44,588 nucleotides of DNA from Atractiella rhizophila (taxonomy: Eukaryota), in NCBI GenBank assembly GCA_021432655.1, contig MU271560.1, positions 1-44,588 on the forward strand, in the 5' to 3' direction. Under the pieces are notes generated by a model that made no database searches, was not told the DNA's origin, and worked only from the letters and a program-made list of their open reading frames with translations. Within the stretch, counting starts at the first letter, position 1; every line of letters starts with the position of its first letter. Made by a program: the position numbers and the translations under genes. Shown here piece by piece: positions 21,697 to 32,749 of the stretch.

Positions 21697-24651
21697 TCAG
21701 TATCTCGACATATAGTGAGGAAAAGGCTCCGATTTGTAGTGTGGACGTGCAGATGCCGCATCATCGTATATGATATTAGTGTGCTCGTATGGTGACTGCA
21801 CCTGCACAGAAGGAGAAATATCGTGGTCTGAAGTATGACGCGCGAACTGCTCCTGATTGGGGTTCAGTGGGATAAAGTGTGATGGGTTGGCTGGGAAGTT
21901 ATGTGGAGACTGAATCGCGTAGGTGAGTTGCTGTTGAGGGTGATAATCAGAAAGTGGCACCGGAGCAGCAGAAGAGGGGACTGTCAGCGGTATTTGTGTT
22001 CCTTCCACTCCGACAGGATCATGTTGTTGGAAAGGTTCTGATTCAAGTATGTATTCGAACGTTTGGACGGACCCTCCAGTCGCTTGGGTATTTTTGATAT
22101 CTTCGGTTAAGAGTTCCCGGAAGTCCTTAGTGGAGTCCGAGTAGTGAGTTCGTAGGTAAGACGGTTGAGGGTGATGGTACAGATGGGCTGTAGGAGGAAG
22201 ATGACATGATGCAGTGACAGCGGCAGCTCGTTGGAGTTCTCTGGCCTTAGAGCCACCTTGGTCACAGTCGGAAAGAAGAGTCTCAAGACGGCCACGGACT
22301 GATTTTATGACCTAACAAGTCTTTAATCCAGCTGTAAGTGAAGGGGAAAGAGCGATCGCAAACCTCCACAAAAGATGTATAACTATTGGAGTTTGATCTG
22401 CTCGATGTACCCGGATCCTCTGACACTGACGATTACTTTTAAATCTCCCAACAGAGATAAACTCACCACTACTCTTGACCTGTACACTGTCTAGCAACAT
22501 TTTGATCGCTGTTGCCGCTTGCGTAACCAAATGATTGAGATTCTGCCCAGGAATTCGATCCGGTACGAAAATGTCCTCTGCAAGAAGAAGCGTCCTCCTT
22601 TTCTCTTCGAGTATTGGCGGCGGGACACCGTTTTCAATTGATTCGAACATGTCGGCCAAAAGAACGACGGTTGCAGCGAAGGCATGATGATACACGTGCC
22701 TGTTTTGTGACGCAATCAACAAAAACACTAAGTTGAAGGACGAAGCTCACGGGACGTGTGAAAATGTTTCTGATGTGTACACTGAGTTAAGAGAAAGATT
22801 GACGCAAGTGAACGCCCACCTCGCAGCTCAGAAACTGAACGGACTACAATGCTTGCCGAACTGATGCACTGGTCCTTGGAGTATCCATGTTGCCGTAGCG
22901 AACTCTTGAAGAAAGGACAAAAAGGTCGATGGAGCTTCATCACTAGATAGTGTATCTATTTACCCATTCCTGTCAGTCTGTATTCACAGTCAGACACCAA
23001 AAGTAAAGCAAGAACCATGTGTTGAGATCCGTCTGTAATATCTGTCATGGTCGCCTTCAATAAACAGGTATTGAAGAACGTACGTTTCTGCCAATGAAGA
23101 AGAGGAGACTGATTTGATGTTTGTAAATTTGTGAGCTCCCACGGGAGATGGCTTAATATATCCTGATATTGCTGTGTGACCATATTAAGATCAACTACCC
23201 CAATCAGCAAGACAAGGAAGGAAGAGGGTGTGCCTTACCTCATCGAGGGAAAGAATGATCTCGTATCCTGGTCCCTTGCTTGATGCACAAAGGACATTTT
23301 CGTGTGTCCTTTGCATCATTCTCGCCACCGCCAGCATCAGGCGCTCGTAACTCACTTCGGTGAGAACTTCAAGGGGTTGTCGAGTAACTGGCGACGACAT
23401 GAGGGAGAGAGAGTTGTCATTCACATTCATTGGAGGCTCAGAGTCGACTAGGCACGGGTTTATGAGGTAAGCTCGATCGGCAGTCGTCGCTGACATCCAG
23501 TCCAGCTTTTTATCTCTCAGCACAAAGGGTGATGCTGAAGCAAAATAACCACTGACGAAGCACACAATCCCGAAGATTCGAAGTGCCGTTTGCCGTTTCA
23601 GCGAGTTCCTTCCCCACGGAAGAGCAGGATCGTCTGGTGGCATTCTCTACTCGGAACATCAAGCTGGATGGAGGAACTGTGAGAGAACGAACGCACATTC
23701 TCGTTCTGGCCTAACCTGTGTAGTTTTAACAGCTGAGAAATACGGATGGCAGTTCCCAAGAGGGATAGAGCAAAGGTGGCCGTATAAGTGGGTATGCCGG
23801 TAGTTTGCAAATTCCGGCAAAAGAGAATGATGGTTCTGCAGAAGTGTCTAGTAGTCTCACTTAAGCCACATGGACACTCACTGGATAGTTCGTATTCGTG
23901 GTTGTTCGAGGTACTTTCCAAGCACCAGACAGCGCTGACTAGCAGCAAGCCATCGCTTGGCCTTCTCTTGAACCTCTTCGCGTGAAAGTTCGGAGAAGCC
24001 CTCCAGACCACGTGATTTTACCAGTCCTGCTTCTATTCCGTTCGATAGGATCTGGAAAAAAAGGGCTAGCCATAGTAGATCGACACTGATCTGAGGAAAA
24101 GATTCGCCGGGTGGTGAAAGAAGGGCAAAGTGTCGAGAATAAAAACAGTTGACTTCGGAAATGAACGTTGGGAAGTGGATGCAACGGTGGGTCCAATCGG
24201 GCTATGTGGACACTTTTTGTCAAAAATACACTTCGTTTCAGGAGTGCAAGAGACATTACATGATTGTCAAACTCCGTAGGTCATCAACGTAAACTGATGT
24301 TGCTCTTGATAGGACAAGACATACCTTAGCAAGGATCCAATCCCTCTCATCTACTCCAGGGACAAGATTTATCATGCCCACAACTTCTTCTCCCTCAGCC
24401 CACTCAAGTGGTTCTGCTCTAGCATGCCAGATACCAGTGGCCCATTCAGTTCTCTCCTCTGAAGTTTGGGGTTGATTGGTATTATGAGGAAAATGTGCAA
24501 TTGAGGGAGACTGGAATGCTGGAAGTTGGAAACCCATGAAGGTCATTTCCGGTGCATCCGCAGCTTTTTCCTCCGTTTGGGGTTCAATGTCCATGAAGAA
24601 GACGAAAACGTGAAGAATCCTTCCTTGCTGACAGGGCATCGGCATCAGCAT
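21697..24651 (-). CDS. Fungal-specific transcription factor domain protein (Fungal_trans / Zn2Cys6-associated region), multi-exon; no zinc cluster seen
   Basis: Exonic motifs LGTAIRISQLLKLHRLG, MPPDDPALP..NSLKRQ..LRIF, LDW, PPMNVND, MKLHRPF, HAFAATVVLLADMF and a P/Q/S-rich tail, separated by short introns. Confidence 0.8.
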
Positions 24652-24830
24652 ACACGTAAATTAAAAGCCGGGACAAACACTTTGTAAATTTAACCCACTA
24701 ATTCCCATCAAGGAGTTATGGCTTGCAATTCCAACGATGTAGCATAGTTCCTATGCCTTATATGAGAGCGTGTAGGAGTGAACGTGCCGGTTCCGAGGGC
24801 CCAACGTCCGAGACGCGTTCACATTTATAG

Positions 24831-25108
24831 GGATACGCGGGATCAAAGTCATTCTTGCGGCTACGCTGGATCAAGCGGGCAGTTTCATATGACCCTGGCT
24901 CAAACGTCAGTTTCATAATACGCTGGATCAAAATGAAGATACGCTGGATCAAAATGAAGATACGCTGGATCAAAATGTAGATACGCTGGATCAAAATGTA
25001 GATACGCTGGATCAAAAGCATGTACGCTGGATCAAAAGCGTGTACGCTGGATCAAAAGCGTGTACGCTGGATCAAAATCATTCTGATGAAGGTGCGCTGG
25101 ATCAAACA
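24831..25108 (+). repeat. Array 1 of the (TA)CGCTGGATCAAA motif, about 12 copies, core period 20-21 bp
   Basis: Counted by eye. Confidence 0.95.
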
Positions 25109-26044
25109 CCCTTGCTGACGGATGGCTGCATCAACGGCGTCAAAACTCCTACGTATCCAATTCCACTGTCAACTGCTCAACACAAGTCAAAATTCTGCAA
25201 AACCTGGTTCTCACCTCCCTCTCGGGATGTTAAGCTGTGGACCCTTTTTCTTTTTTGTTTGACCCCGTTTTTAGGAGGTTACATGTTCTCAGAACTGAAG
25301 CGCCAAACCATTTTGAGCAAGACGCCCTCACCTTCACACCAGTTGGGCCGCAAATCTTCGCAACGGGAGCGGGACATCCCTATGAACAGCTCTCAGCAAA
25401 ACTCTGTCCCCAGTTTGGCGTGCAAATCTCCCAAAAACTGCGGCGCCAAAAGCCTTTTGAGCTCTCTTGCCCCGTCGTCGTGGAAACTTGAATTGGAACG
25501 TATGAGTAAAATGTAGGTCGGGTACATCGCGGATGCTAGAAAATCGTGTCCTGCTGGCGTGCACAGCGAAAGTTCAAAATGGGGTAGGTAAATGAGAACC
25601 TTGCCATCCCCAAACACTCTGTAAGACCTGTCGGATCCGGCAAGGTGAAGAAACAAAATATGCATCCCCAAAAACCATGTTGGGACAACTCGGAGGGAGA
25701 AAGCACGTGGTCAGGGGAGAAATTTATCGACAGGCGGACGGAGCAGCCTCAGCCTTTCAAATTCCTTATTTGGCTAAAAGATTCAGATTGGCGAGTGGCC
25801 GTGGTCCCACAGCTCTAGAATACTTTGCAAACACAATGCTGGAACTCAATCAAACAGAAGCATTTTTTTGTATATTCAATTTACCGTTCGAACTGCCTGT
25901 AATCCAGTCATCCATCGCAGTTTCACCCGAATTTGGTGGCTTCGCATTTATTGAGGTATCATGACGCTACGAAACGCAACATTCGCCAATTCCAACCGTC
26001 GTCTCCCTCAACGAGAGGACTTCGAACAAAGAGACATCTTAGGC

Positions 26045-26365
26045 TTCGCTAACTTGGGAGCGACAATAAAACGTACCCTCTTGGTTCTGAGCTTCTATTT
26101 CCCCCATAATTTCTGCCGCCCCCACCCTCACCAAGTTGCCTTTAAAACCAGGCGACATCATCAGCCTTTGATAACTTGGCAGCGCGACAGAAACGTACCT
26201 TCTTGGTGTTGAGCCCCTATTTCTCGAGCTTCTATTTCTCTCATAACTTCTCCCGCCTCCGCCCTCACCAAGCCACCTTTAAGACCAGGTGACATCATTA
26301 GTCTGCTAACTTGGAGCCAAAATTGAAATGTACCATCTTGCTTCGGATTTTCTATTTCTCGCAAA
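26045..26365. repeat. Degenerate ~120-136-bp tandem repeat (about 2.5-3 units)
   Basis: TAACTTGG..AAA.GTACC.TCTTG..TTCTATTTC recurs at ~26050, ~26172 and ~26307; CCCTCACCAAG..CCTTTAA.ACCAGG.GACATCAT occurs twice. Confidence 0.8.
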
Positions 26366-26691
26366 ATGTCTGCTGTCCTCTTCACAATATCTCTAGCAGG
26401 TAGCATCTCCGTGGTCGACGGGTTGAGCAAACCAGTTTTCAGACTATCCCAGGTAAATAGTAGGATTCTCCCAGTCGGGGAGACCGGGTAGACATAGACT
26501 CCTTCAGGAGCTATGGAGATGCTCAGTTTTTCTAATCAAGCGCTCATTAATAGATGAACGTGCGTCTGGTCAACACATACCTTGCATTCTATCCATGTCA
26601 GTCAGACTTCGAGCTCAAAGTGGAACTGTAAGGAGGACTGCCACATCCCAGCTTTCCTTTGAACCACTCTTATATCTCCCAGCAAAGGCCG

Positions 26692-26866
26692 TTTGATCCA
26701 GCGTATTCACGAAACTGACAGTGAACTTCAATTTGATCCAGCGTATTTGTGAAAACCCACGGTTTGATCCAGCGTACTTGTGAAAACCCACCGTTTTGAT
26801 CCAGCGTAAGTGAAAACCCACGGTTTGATCCAGCGTTGCGTGAAACCACCATTTTGATCCAGCGTA
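26692..26866 (-). repeat. Array 2 of the CGCTGGATCAAA motif (reverse orientation), 6 copies, ~30-bp period
   Basis: TTTGATCCAGCGT repeated on the + strand. Confidence 0.95.
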
Positions 26867-27725
26867 TTCGCGAAACGGACTGCCGCGTTTGAGTCAGCAT
26901 GAAACTGACCGTTTAATCTAGAATGGGAATTCTTCTCGAACGGTCCTCTTTCCGTGTTGGGGAAGTCTGATCCTTGTGGTTGTTTACCGTTGGTGTTGTG
27001 GTCTGGTTGGTCTCCAGATCGTGTAGAAGCCCAATGTGGAGCCAACATATTCACATTCTCGCCTTCCGAATCCAACTACCAACTACAGTATTCTTCTCCT
27101 CACCACCGAACTGTATCACCAGATCAGCGGACGTGATCACCACCTCGAGAATCGCCTGATGCAGATGAAGATGAATTTTTTGTTGTCAATGATGCCCATG
27201 GTGCTCTGACAAGTAAGTAGGCTTGCGTGCGAGCAGTGCTAGACGAGAAGGAGGAAACAAATATAGGATAAGTTTACTCCTCCTGTTGTCTCCACATCAA
27301 TCCCAGAGTTACTTAAACCGAAACATCAAAGGGTGTGCCAGCTCAAGCAAGGAGTTTAGACAGGATAAATCACAACCAGAACCTGGAGAAGCCACAATCT
27401 GTACCAGCGGCGCTATTGAGTCGGATGCACAAACGACTCGGAGGATCTGGGAGAAGCGAGCAAATATTCGGCCATAATTGAAACTTGAACAGCTTTAACT
27501 TACAGCAACTCGGAAAGCTGCATCATTGTTTGTTGAACCGAGCGAGATAGGAATCTGCGTTAAAATACGAATTCTGGATCATATTCTAGTGAACATTCCT
27601 CCGATTATCAGCACGTAGAAGGCAATGATAGACAGCCAAGTCAACGAAGAACAGAAGAACAATTTCACTTTGTAGCTGTGAAGTTTGCCACAAAGACACT
27701 TTGGTATCCCTCGTGTTTCAAACCT

Positions 27726-28136
27726 TCATCCCCATACCTCAGTCCAAGCTCTTCTGGTAAAGGAGACAGACGGCATACCACGCCTATCCAACACCTCTTG
27801 CACCGCAGCAACGTGTTCACTGGGTATCACCTTATAAGGCACTTTACTTTGATCGTATCCCAGCTCGGCAAATGACTTGTTTGTGAAACCCTGATAGGGC
27901 GACTTTCCGCAGGCAATCACATAGAGGAACATGTCGGATGGTGTGTTTGGAGGGCAGGGTAGGCGAATAAGGCGAACATTAGCTCCACGCGACACATCAC
28001 TGCGGGCTCGTTTCAAGAACCAAAGAGGGTGCCTTCTGCATCCCTCACGAGGAACATAGGGCTCTTCTTCCTCCAGGATGTTCCCCCACGTTAAGAGCGT
28101 TTGGTGGGTAATAATGAGGCCGCCGTAAACTGGCAT
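27726..28136 (-). CDS. Hypothetical protein or final exon (136 aa)
   Basis: Uninterrupted ORF with protein-like composition, preceded by a possible acceptor (CTGATAG); divergent from the nuclease-like gene; no family recognised. Confidence 0.4.
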   Translation of the reverse strand: MPVYGGLIITHQTLLTWGNILEEEEPYVPREGCRRHPLWFLKRARSDVSRGANVRLIRLPCPPNTPSDMFLYVIACGKSPYQGFTNKSFAELGYDQSKVPYKVIPSEHVAAVQEVLDRRGMPSVSFTRRAWTEVWG

Positions 28137-28333
28137 CTATCAGGGAGGTCAATTACATCCACGCACGGGGGAGACCTGCCTTCACTGCGATACTACTGTT
28201 CTACTTCCTGTGAGATCCAGCCGACACAAGATTGTTGTGAGAGCGCACCCTAACCCTACAATATCCCACCAGTGTTTGTGAAGAGCAAATGTTTTAGAAC
28301 ATCTTCAACGCTAGTAATCAGACCAAGTTCAGC

Positions 28334-29126
28334 ATGACAGCCCAGGAAGCCATTCCTGCATTACATTCTCGGTGCAACCCCATTCTCCCACTAAAACTCA
28401 GCAATTTGTGGACCGATTTGATGAATTCTCGCTTGCGATTCGAAGATGACATATATGGTCCACTCAATGCCATCCTCAACATCGTCTTTCCACCATCCCA
28501 TGACTTCATCGTGCATCCTCAGAAATCTCTCAGGAGGGTCTATCTAGGGACCGAGGACGACCATGCTAACCTGGCTGAAACATCCATGGAAGCAAATACC
28601 TCACTTCAATCAAACGACTCCTCGTCTTCCAGGGTTTCTTATGATACATATTCAAGGGCAGTTGTGCAGCCTTCTCATTCAGGCGAGTTATTTCTCGCTA
28701 TTAGGTAGAGTGCTGAAAGTTGGATTTACCCAACCTTGTGCCGGTGGTGTAGGGCCGGAGCGAAGGCTGTTCCCCGATTTTGTTGTTACAAAAACTGTCG
28801 ACGGAACTATTGGAGGCAGCTTCACAGTTGCAATCATCGAAGTGAAGCGATATGGCTCAGAAGGCGGAGAAGACGAAGTCCAAGATGCTGACGCACAACT
28901 TAGGGAATACATGATGATTGCCCAAGAGCACGTAAATCTGCATCGAGAGCGCGAATACGGGCGAGAGATAGAAGGGGTTTTGTTGTTTCGGGGAGATTTT
29001 TTGAAATTCTCGATGTCGGACTTTTCCCCAACTGCCCGAATCATTGAGCATGTCGACTATTTTGATGCATCTGATCCAGGAGGGTTGATTTCACATTTGG
29101 TAGGTATAGCGCGGAGTTGGGCTTAG
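28334..29126 (+). CDS. PD-(D/E)xK restriction-endonuclease-fold protein; predicted GC-AG intron 28683-28752
   Basis: E..IYGPLNAIL..VFP....F.V.PQ, then FPDFVV, IIEVKR and AQLREYM (PD..ExK..QxxxY pattern); the intron AG/GCGAGT..GTAG restores one reading frame. Confidence 0.7.
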
Positions 29127-30763
29127 GCTTACAAGATCAGGTTCTACTTAAAGCTCTGTGATTCTCAATCAGATTGAATGATACCTAACGTTTGCAAGTT
29201 GTAACTGGATTCGGGCACAGACAATAAATCCTAACGCCCAATCAGAGCACCTTCAGACGGTGCGGTGAATCATTTATTGATCATGATCCAGGCATTTTGT
29301 CAGTTATCCTCACTCCAAACGAACAAGGCACAATCTCAATTTCAAATGAAACGCTCTAAAGAAACAAGAATCTCCACGAATCTTCACGCCGTCGTCTACT
29401 TCGCAAACTCCCCTCCCAAACATGCCATCATAAAAATCTACGACTCGGCCACCAATGGAGGCGGGCATTAGGAATGGTGCAATTCACTGCCTATCGTATT
29501 CTCTGTGCTATCCCATCCTAGGAGTCCCCTTCTCCTGCCACCTGTAGTCGAGATCTAAGGCTATAGAGCGACCACTTCGACTTTCGGGATGATCCTTTAA
29601 CAACAAGGCAGTTCTACGCCTCCTTCTGACGCGTCCCTGCTTTCTGATTCGTCCTCCTGGTTGCTATCGCCTAGAAAGCTTGTGCGGACGTGTTTTCCAG
29701 CGTTTAAGATGGACGTCAATGTCCCCGAGCGAAATGCCACGACTTTCAGGCTTGTAAAACAAACAGATGAACACAGTGAGAGTAGTCGCACCTGCAAGCA
29801 CAACGTCGGCTGTCACAATGTTACCGTCACGGTATCACAAAACATAAACCTGTTTGATCAACTGATGATTATTACCTGTGATGATCATGCATGGCCATCA
29901 CCTGATCAACACTGCTGCTCACTGATTGCGCGCGATCATTTATGATTGGAATGACGGTCATGTTACGATCAATGCATGTACAACGTATGAGTAAAATGTG
30001 ACGTACTATTGAAGTCCCCTCAAAACGGAGCAGCAGGTCTGCCTCCGCAAAACCGTTGAGGTGAACAAATTAAGCATCTTTTCCATCCAGTTGAAAATAA
30101 CAACTTCGAACGATTTGGTCAATGTAAACAATAATCTTTACCAATGTTGGTCGTTTTGAAGAACGGCATACTGGTAAGCTCATGACGCTTCTTCCAGTCG
30201 TATCATTGAAAACCTGCGAACTGAAGGCTTTCCTCAACCTTGAATAATGTCACTCAGAGGCGCCTCTGTTACACGTTCCACCAGACTATGATCAGCCCGC
30301 TCAAATGCCTACTTTTGCCTACTTTTGTTGCCTGTGCTTGTGCGCGCTGTGCTCAGTTGACTGCTGATGAGTCGAACCAGCCTGTTCAATAAGATGAGGA
30401 TATTCTCCAAGCATGTGCAGCTTGGGAAAGGCATTGGATATGTTTAGATGCTCATGAAGTTGCTGCAGTGCGGTAAGTAATCTGCATCAAAGAGAACGAT
30501 GCACGACAGATGGTGATCGATGCGTTCGTAAGAGAGGAAACGAATTCACTTTACCAACGCCTCAATCAGTCAATAGTTAGTCTAAATGATCTCTGCGGTA
30601 CGGAGTCATTACTGTTGCAATCCATTAGTGCGTTCCAGAAGTTCGTAAAAAGGATTAAATGCACTCTATCGATGATTTAGCGCAGTCACACTACAGCACA
30701 GTCAGTCATGGATGCTTTGAATACCCTCTTCTCTTCTCACCTACAGTATCACCTTCATCGGTG

Positions 30764-32749
30764 TCATTTCTCTTGCATGATGCAATGTACATCAGCTATT
30801 AATCTGCAGCAGTCTCCTTCACCTCCTAGGTCACCCATTGCACTGCCTTCTAGAGCACCTTTGCCTCTTCGAACGCCTTCAGAGCATCCTCATTCCACCC
30901 CCATTGAAACTTGATCACCCCGATGTTGCGGACGCAGTTGGCTTACCCTGTCGAGATCCCACTTCGATGTAGAGCACCTTTGCCTCTTCGAACGCCTTCA
31001 GAGCATCCTCATTCCACCCCCATTGAAACTCGATCTTCGCGATGTTGAAGACCCAATTGGCTTGATCCAGTCGAGCTCCCACTTCTGTGAAGAGCACCTT
31101 TGCCTCTTCGAATGCCTTCATAGCATCCTCATTCTGCCCACATTGAAAATCGATGTTCCCGGTGTTGAAGATGCAATTGGCTTGACCCAGTCGATCAAAT
31201 ATGGTCCAAGCCTGGAAAAGTTGTCAAAGTTGTCACAGAAGCGGAAATCTTCTCGAGTACCTGCTAGGGCCAGAGTGCAGGATGTCGAGTGCAACGGTGG
31301 ATTTTCCATTTCCAGCTCCACCGACAATCGCGACGTGGCGGCCGATAAGGATAGGTTCTCTGGCACGTTGAATCTCAGCCTCTCGCCCAAGGAAGGTGCT
31401 GGGGGCGGTAACGGAAACCTCCGACGGACTGCAATCCGTTCACTGCACACTATCGGAACATCAACATGGTATCGAAACAAGAGGTGATAGATCATACCTT
31501 GTACGAAGTGGTCAACAGCATTACGAGCTTCATGACCAATCACGTCCATATACGCCTTCGAACGGTCGACCACGACCTGGGTTCGATCCCACACCTACTT
31601 TATGCTTCCCATACCGATGTCCCATACGTTGTTCTTGCATCATCATTATCACCTGATTCGCCACACAGGGAGCCATCCTCGATGAAAACCTTCACAGCCC
31701 TCTCAATCTGAGGTATCGTATGACCCAATGGGACAGCCTGAGCGAGCCCTGACCCAAAGATACAAGACAGGCTACTTGGCTTCTTTATCCCCAAATCCTC
31801 TTTGACTCTTCAATCGCTAATGCTGCTGGGTTATTTTCCCATGGCGAATGACGATAGGACGGAAGACGTCAGGATCAAAGGAAGGTGCTCTTGCTGCCTT
31901 CCGCACCACACATTGAGCAGCAAAGCGAGGTGAATGGCGGACGTCGTACGCGCGCACCTCCGTCAAAATTACGGCGTCTGACTCGTATCTTAAGCCGAAG
32001 AAAGTTCTGCATCGATCTGCGACATAGTCATCCTTCATAGGAAGATGGGACGATTGTTCTGATGAAGGAGCGAACCGTGACATGATGTCCAAGAGGACGG
32101 CATCGAGACTCTCTGCGGAGTACGCGCCGCCTTCTTTCGACATTAGAGCATCTACGGAGAAAACCTGCCGTACGATCTGCTCATATGCGCGTATGCATTC
32201 TCGAACAGTCATTCCCAATCGTCCGAGCATGAGGCAATCCACCCTCCCGTGGAAGTGCCGCAGATGACATCGAAAGCATCGCACGGCCGGACGTCTCCCT
32301 CTGGAACTTGAAGGAGGTCTCCAACTTGGAGCATTACGACTTCGAGCATATAAAGGGTGGAGACAGTACAGATGCCCCGTTGCTGATGGCGAGGATTCGA
32401 ACTCCTTGTTCGGTTGTCTTCTTGACATTCTCCGGGACTTTGAAGATCTGGGAGTTTGAACATGGGCGGAGACCACGAATGCGATAGCTATTGGGGTGGG
32501 AACGTCTAAGGAAATGGGCTAACGGCGGGACGTGAGACGGCGAGATATTGCTGAGCTACCGCTTTGACCAGAAATGGGCTGGGTCGAATGCAACTGCAGG
32601 ACCGAGGCGGTGTGAACTGCGTCAGGTTCCACTGATGTAATTTCCTGCGATTTGGCGCCGAAGTGGTTATCGTCATCAGACAAGTTTCCAGGGCCTTCAT
32701 GATCGTGATCGTTGGTATGCGATGAAGAAGGAGTGAGTGGGGTATCCAT
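30764..32749 (-). pseudogene. Decayed paralogue of the patatin-STAND-TPR gene
   Basis: NLSDDD, FKVPENVKK, RPCDAFDVICGTSTGGW, MLGRLGMTVR, conserved intron, AVRRRFPLPPP, GAGNGKS and about 3 TPR units; several frameshifts and a large internal deletion near 31200. Confidence 0.92.

Larger units (their letters stand above)
25599..27186 (+). repeat. Segmental duplication, copy A (partner at 34707-37147)
   Basis: Long near-identical blocks: 25599-25915 vs 34707-35030, 25909-26100 vs 36211-36400, 26432-27186 vs 36402-37147. Confidence 0.95.

Noticed and set aside
24758..25021. ORFs with IQRI, YAGS, TLDQ or RWIK repeats (also 26615-27075, 36685-37027, 40555-40832)
   Set aside because: Translations of the DNA motif arrays; several periods are not multiples of three
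24831..25108. CRISPR array interpretation of the CGCTGGATCAAA clusters (also 26692, 36670, 40566)
   Set aside because: The repeat is only 12-14 bp, spacers are short and resemble each other, no cas genes are present, and the context is eukaryotic
27225..27255. ACEQC as a displaced Zn2Cys6 cluster of the transcription factor
   Set aside because: Opposite strand, immediately followed by a stop, and the remaining cysteines are absent
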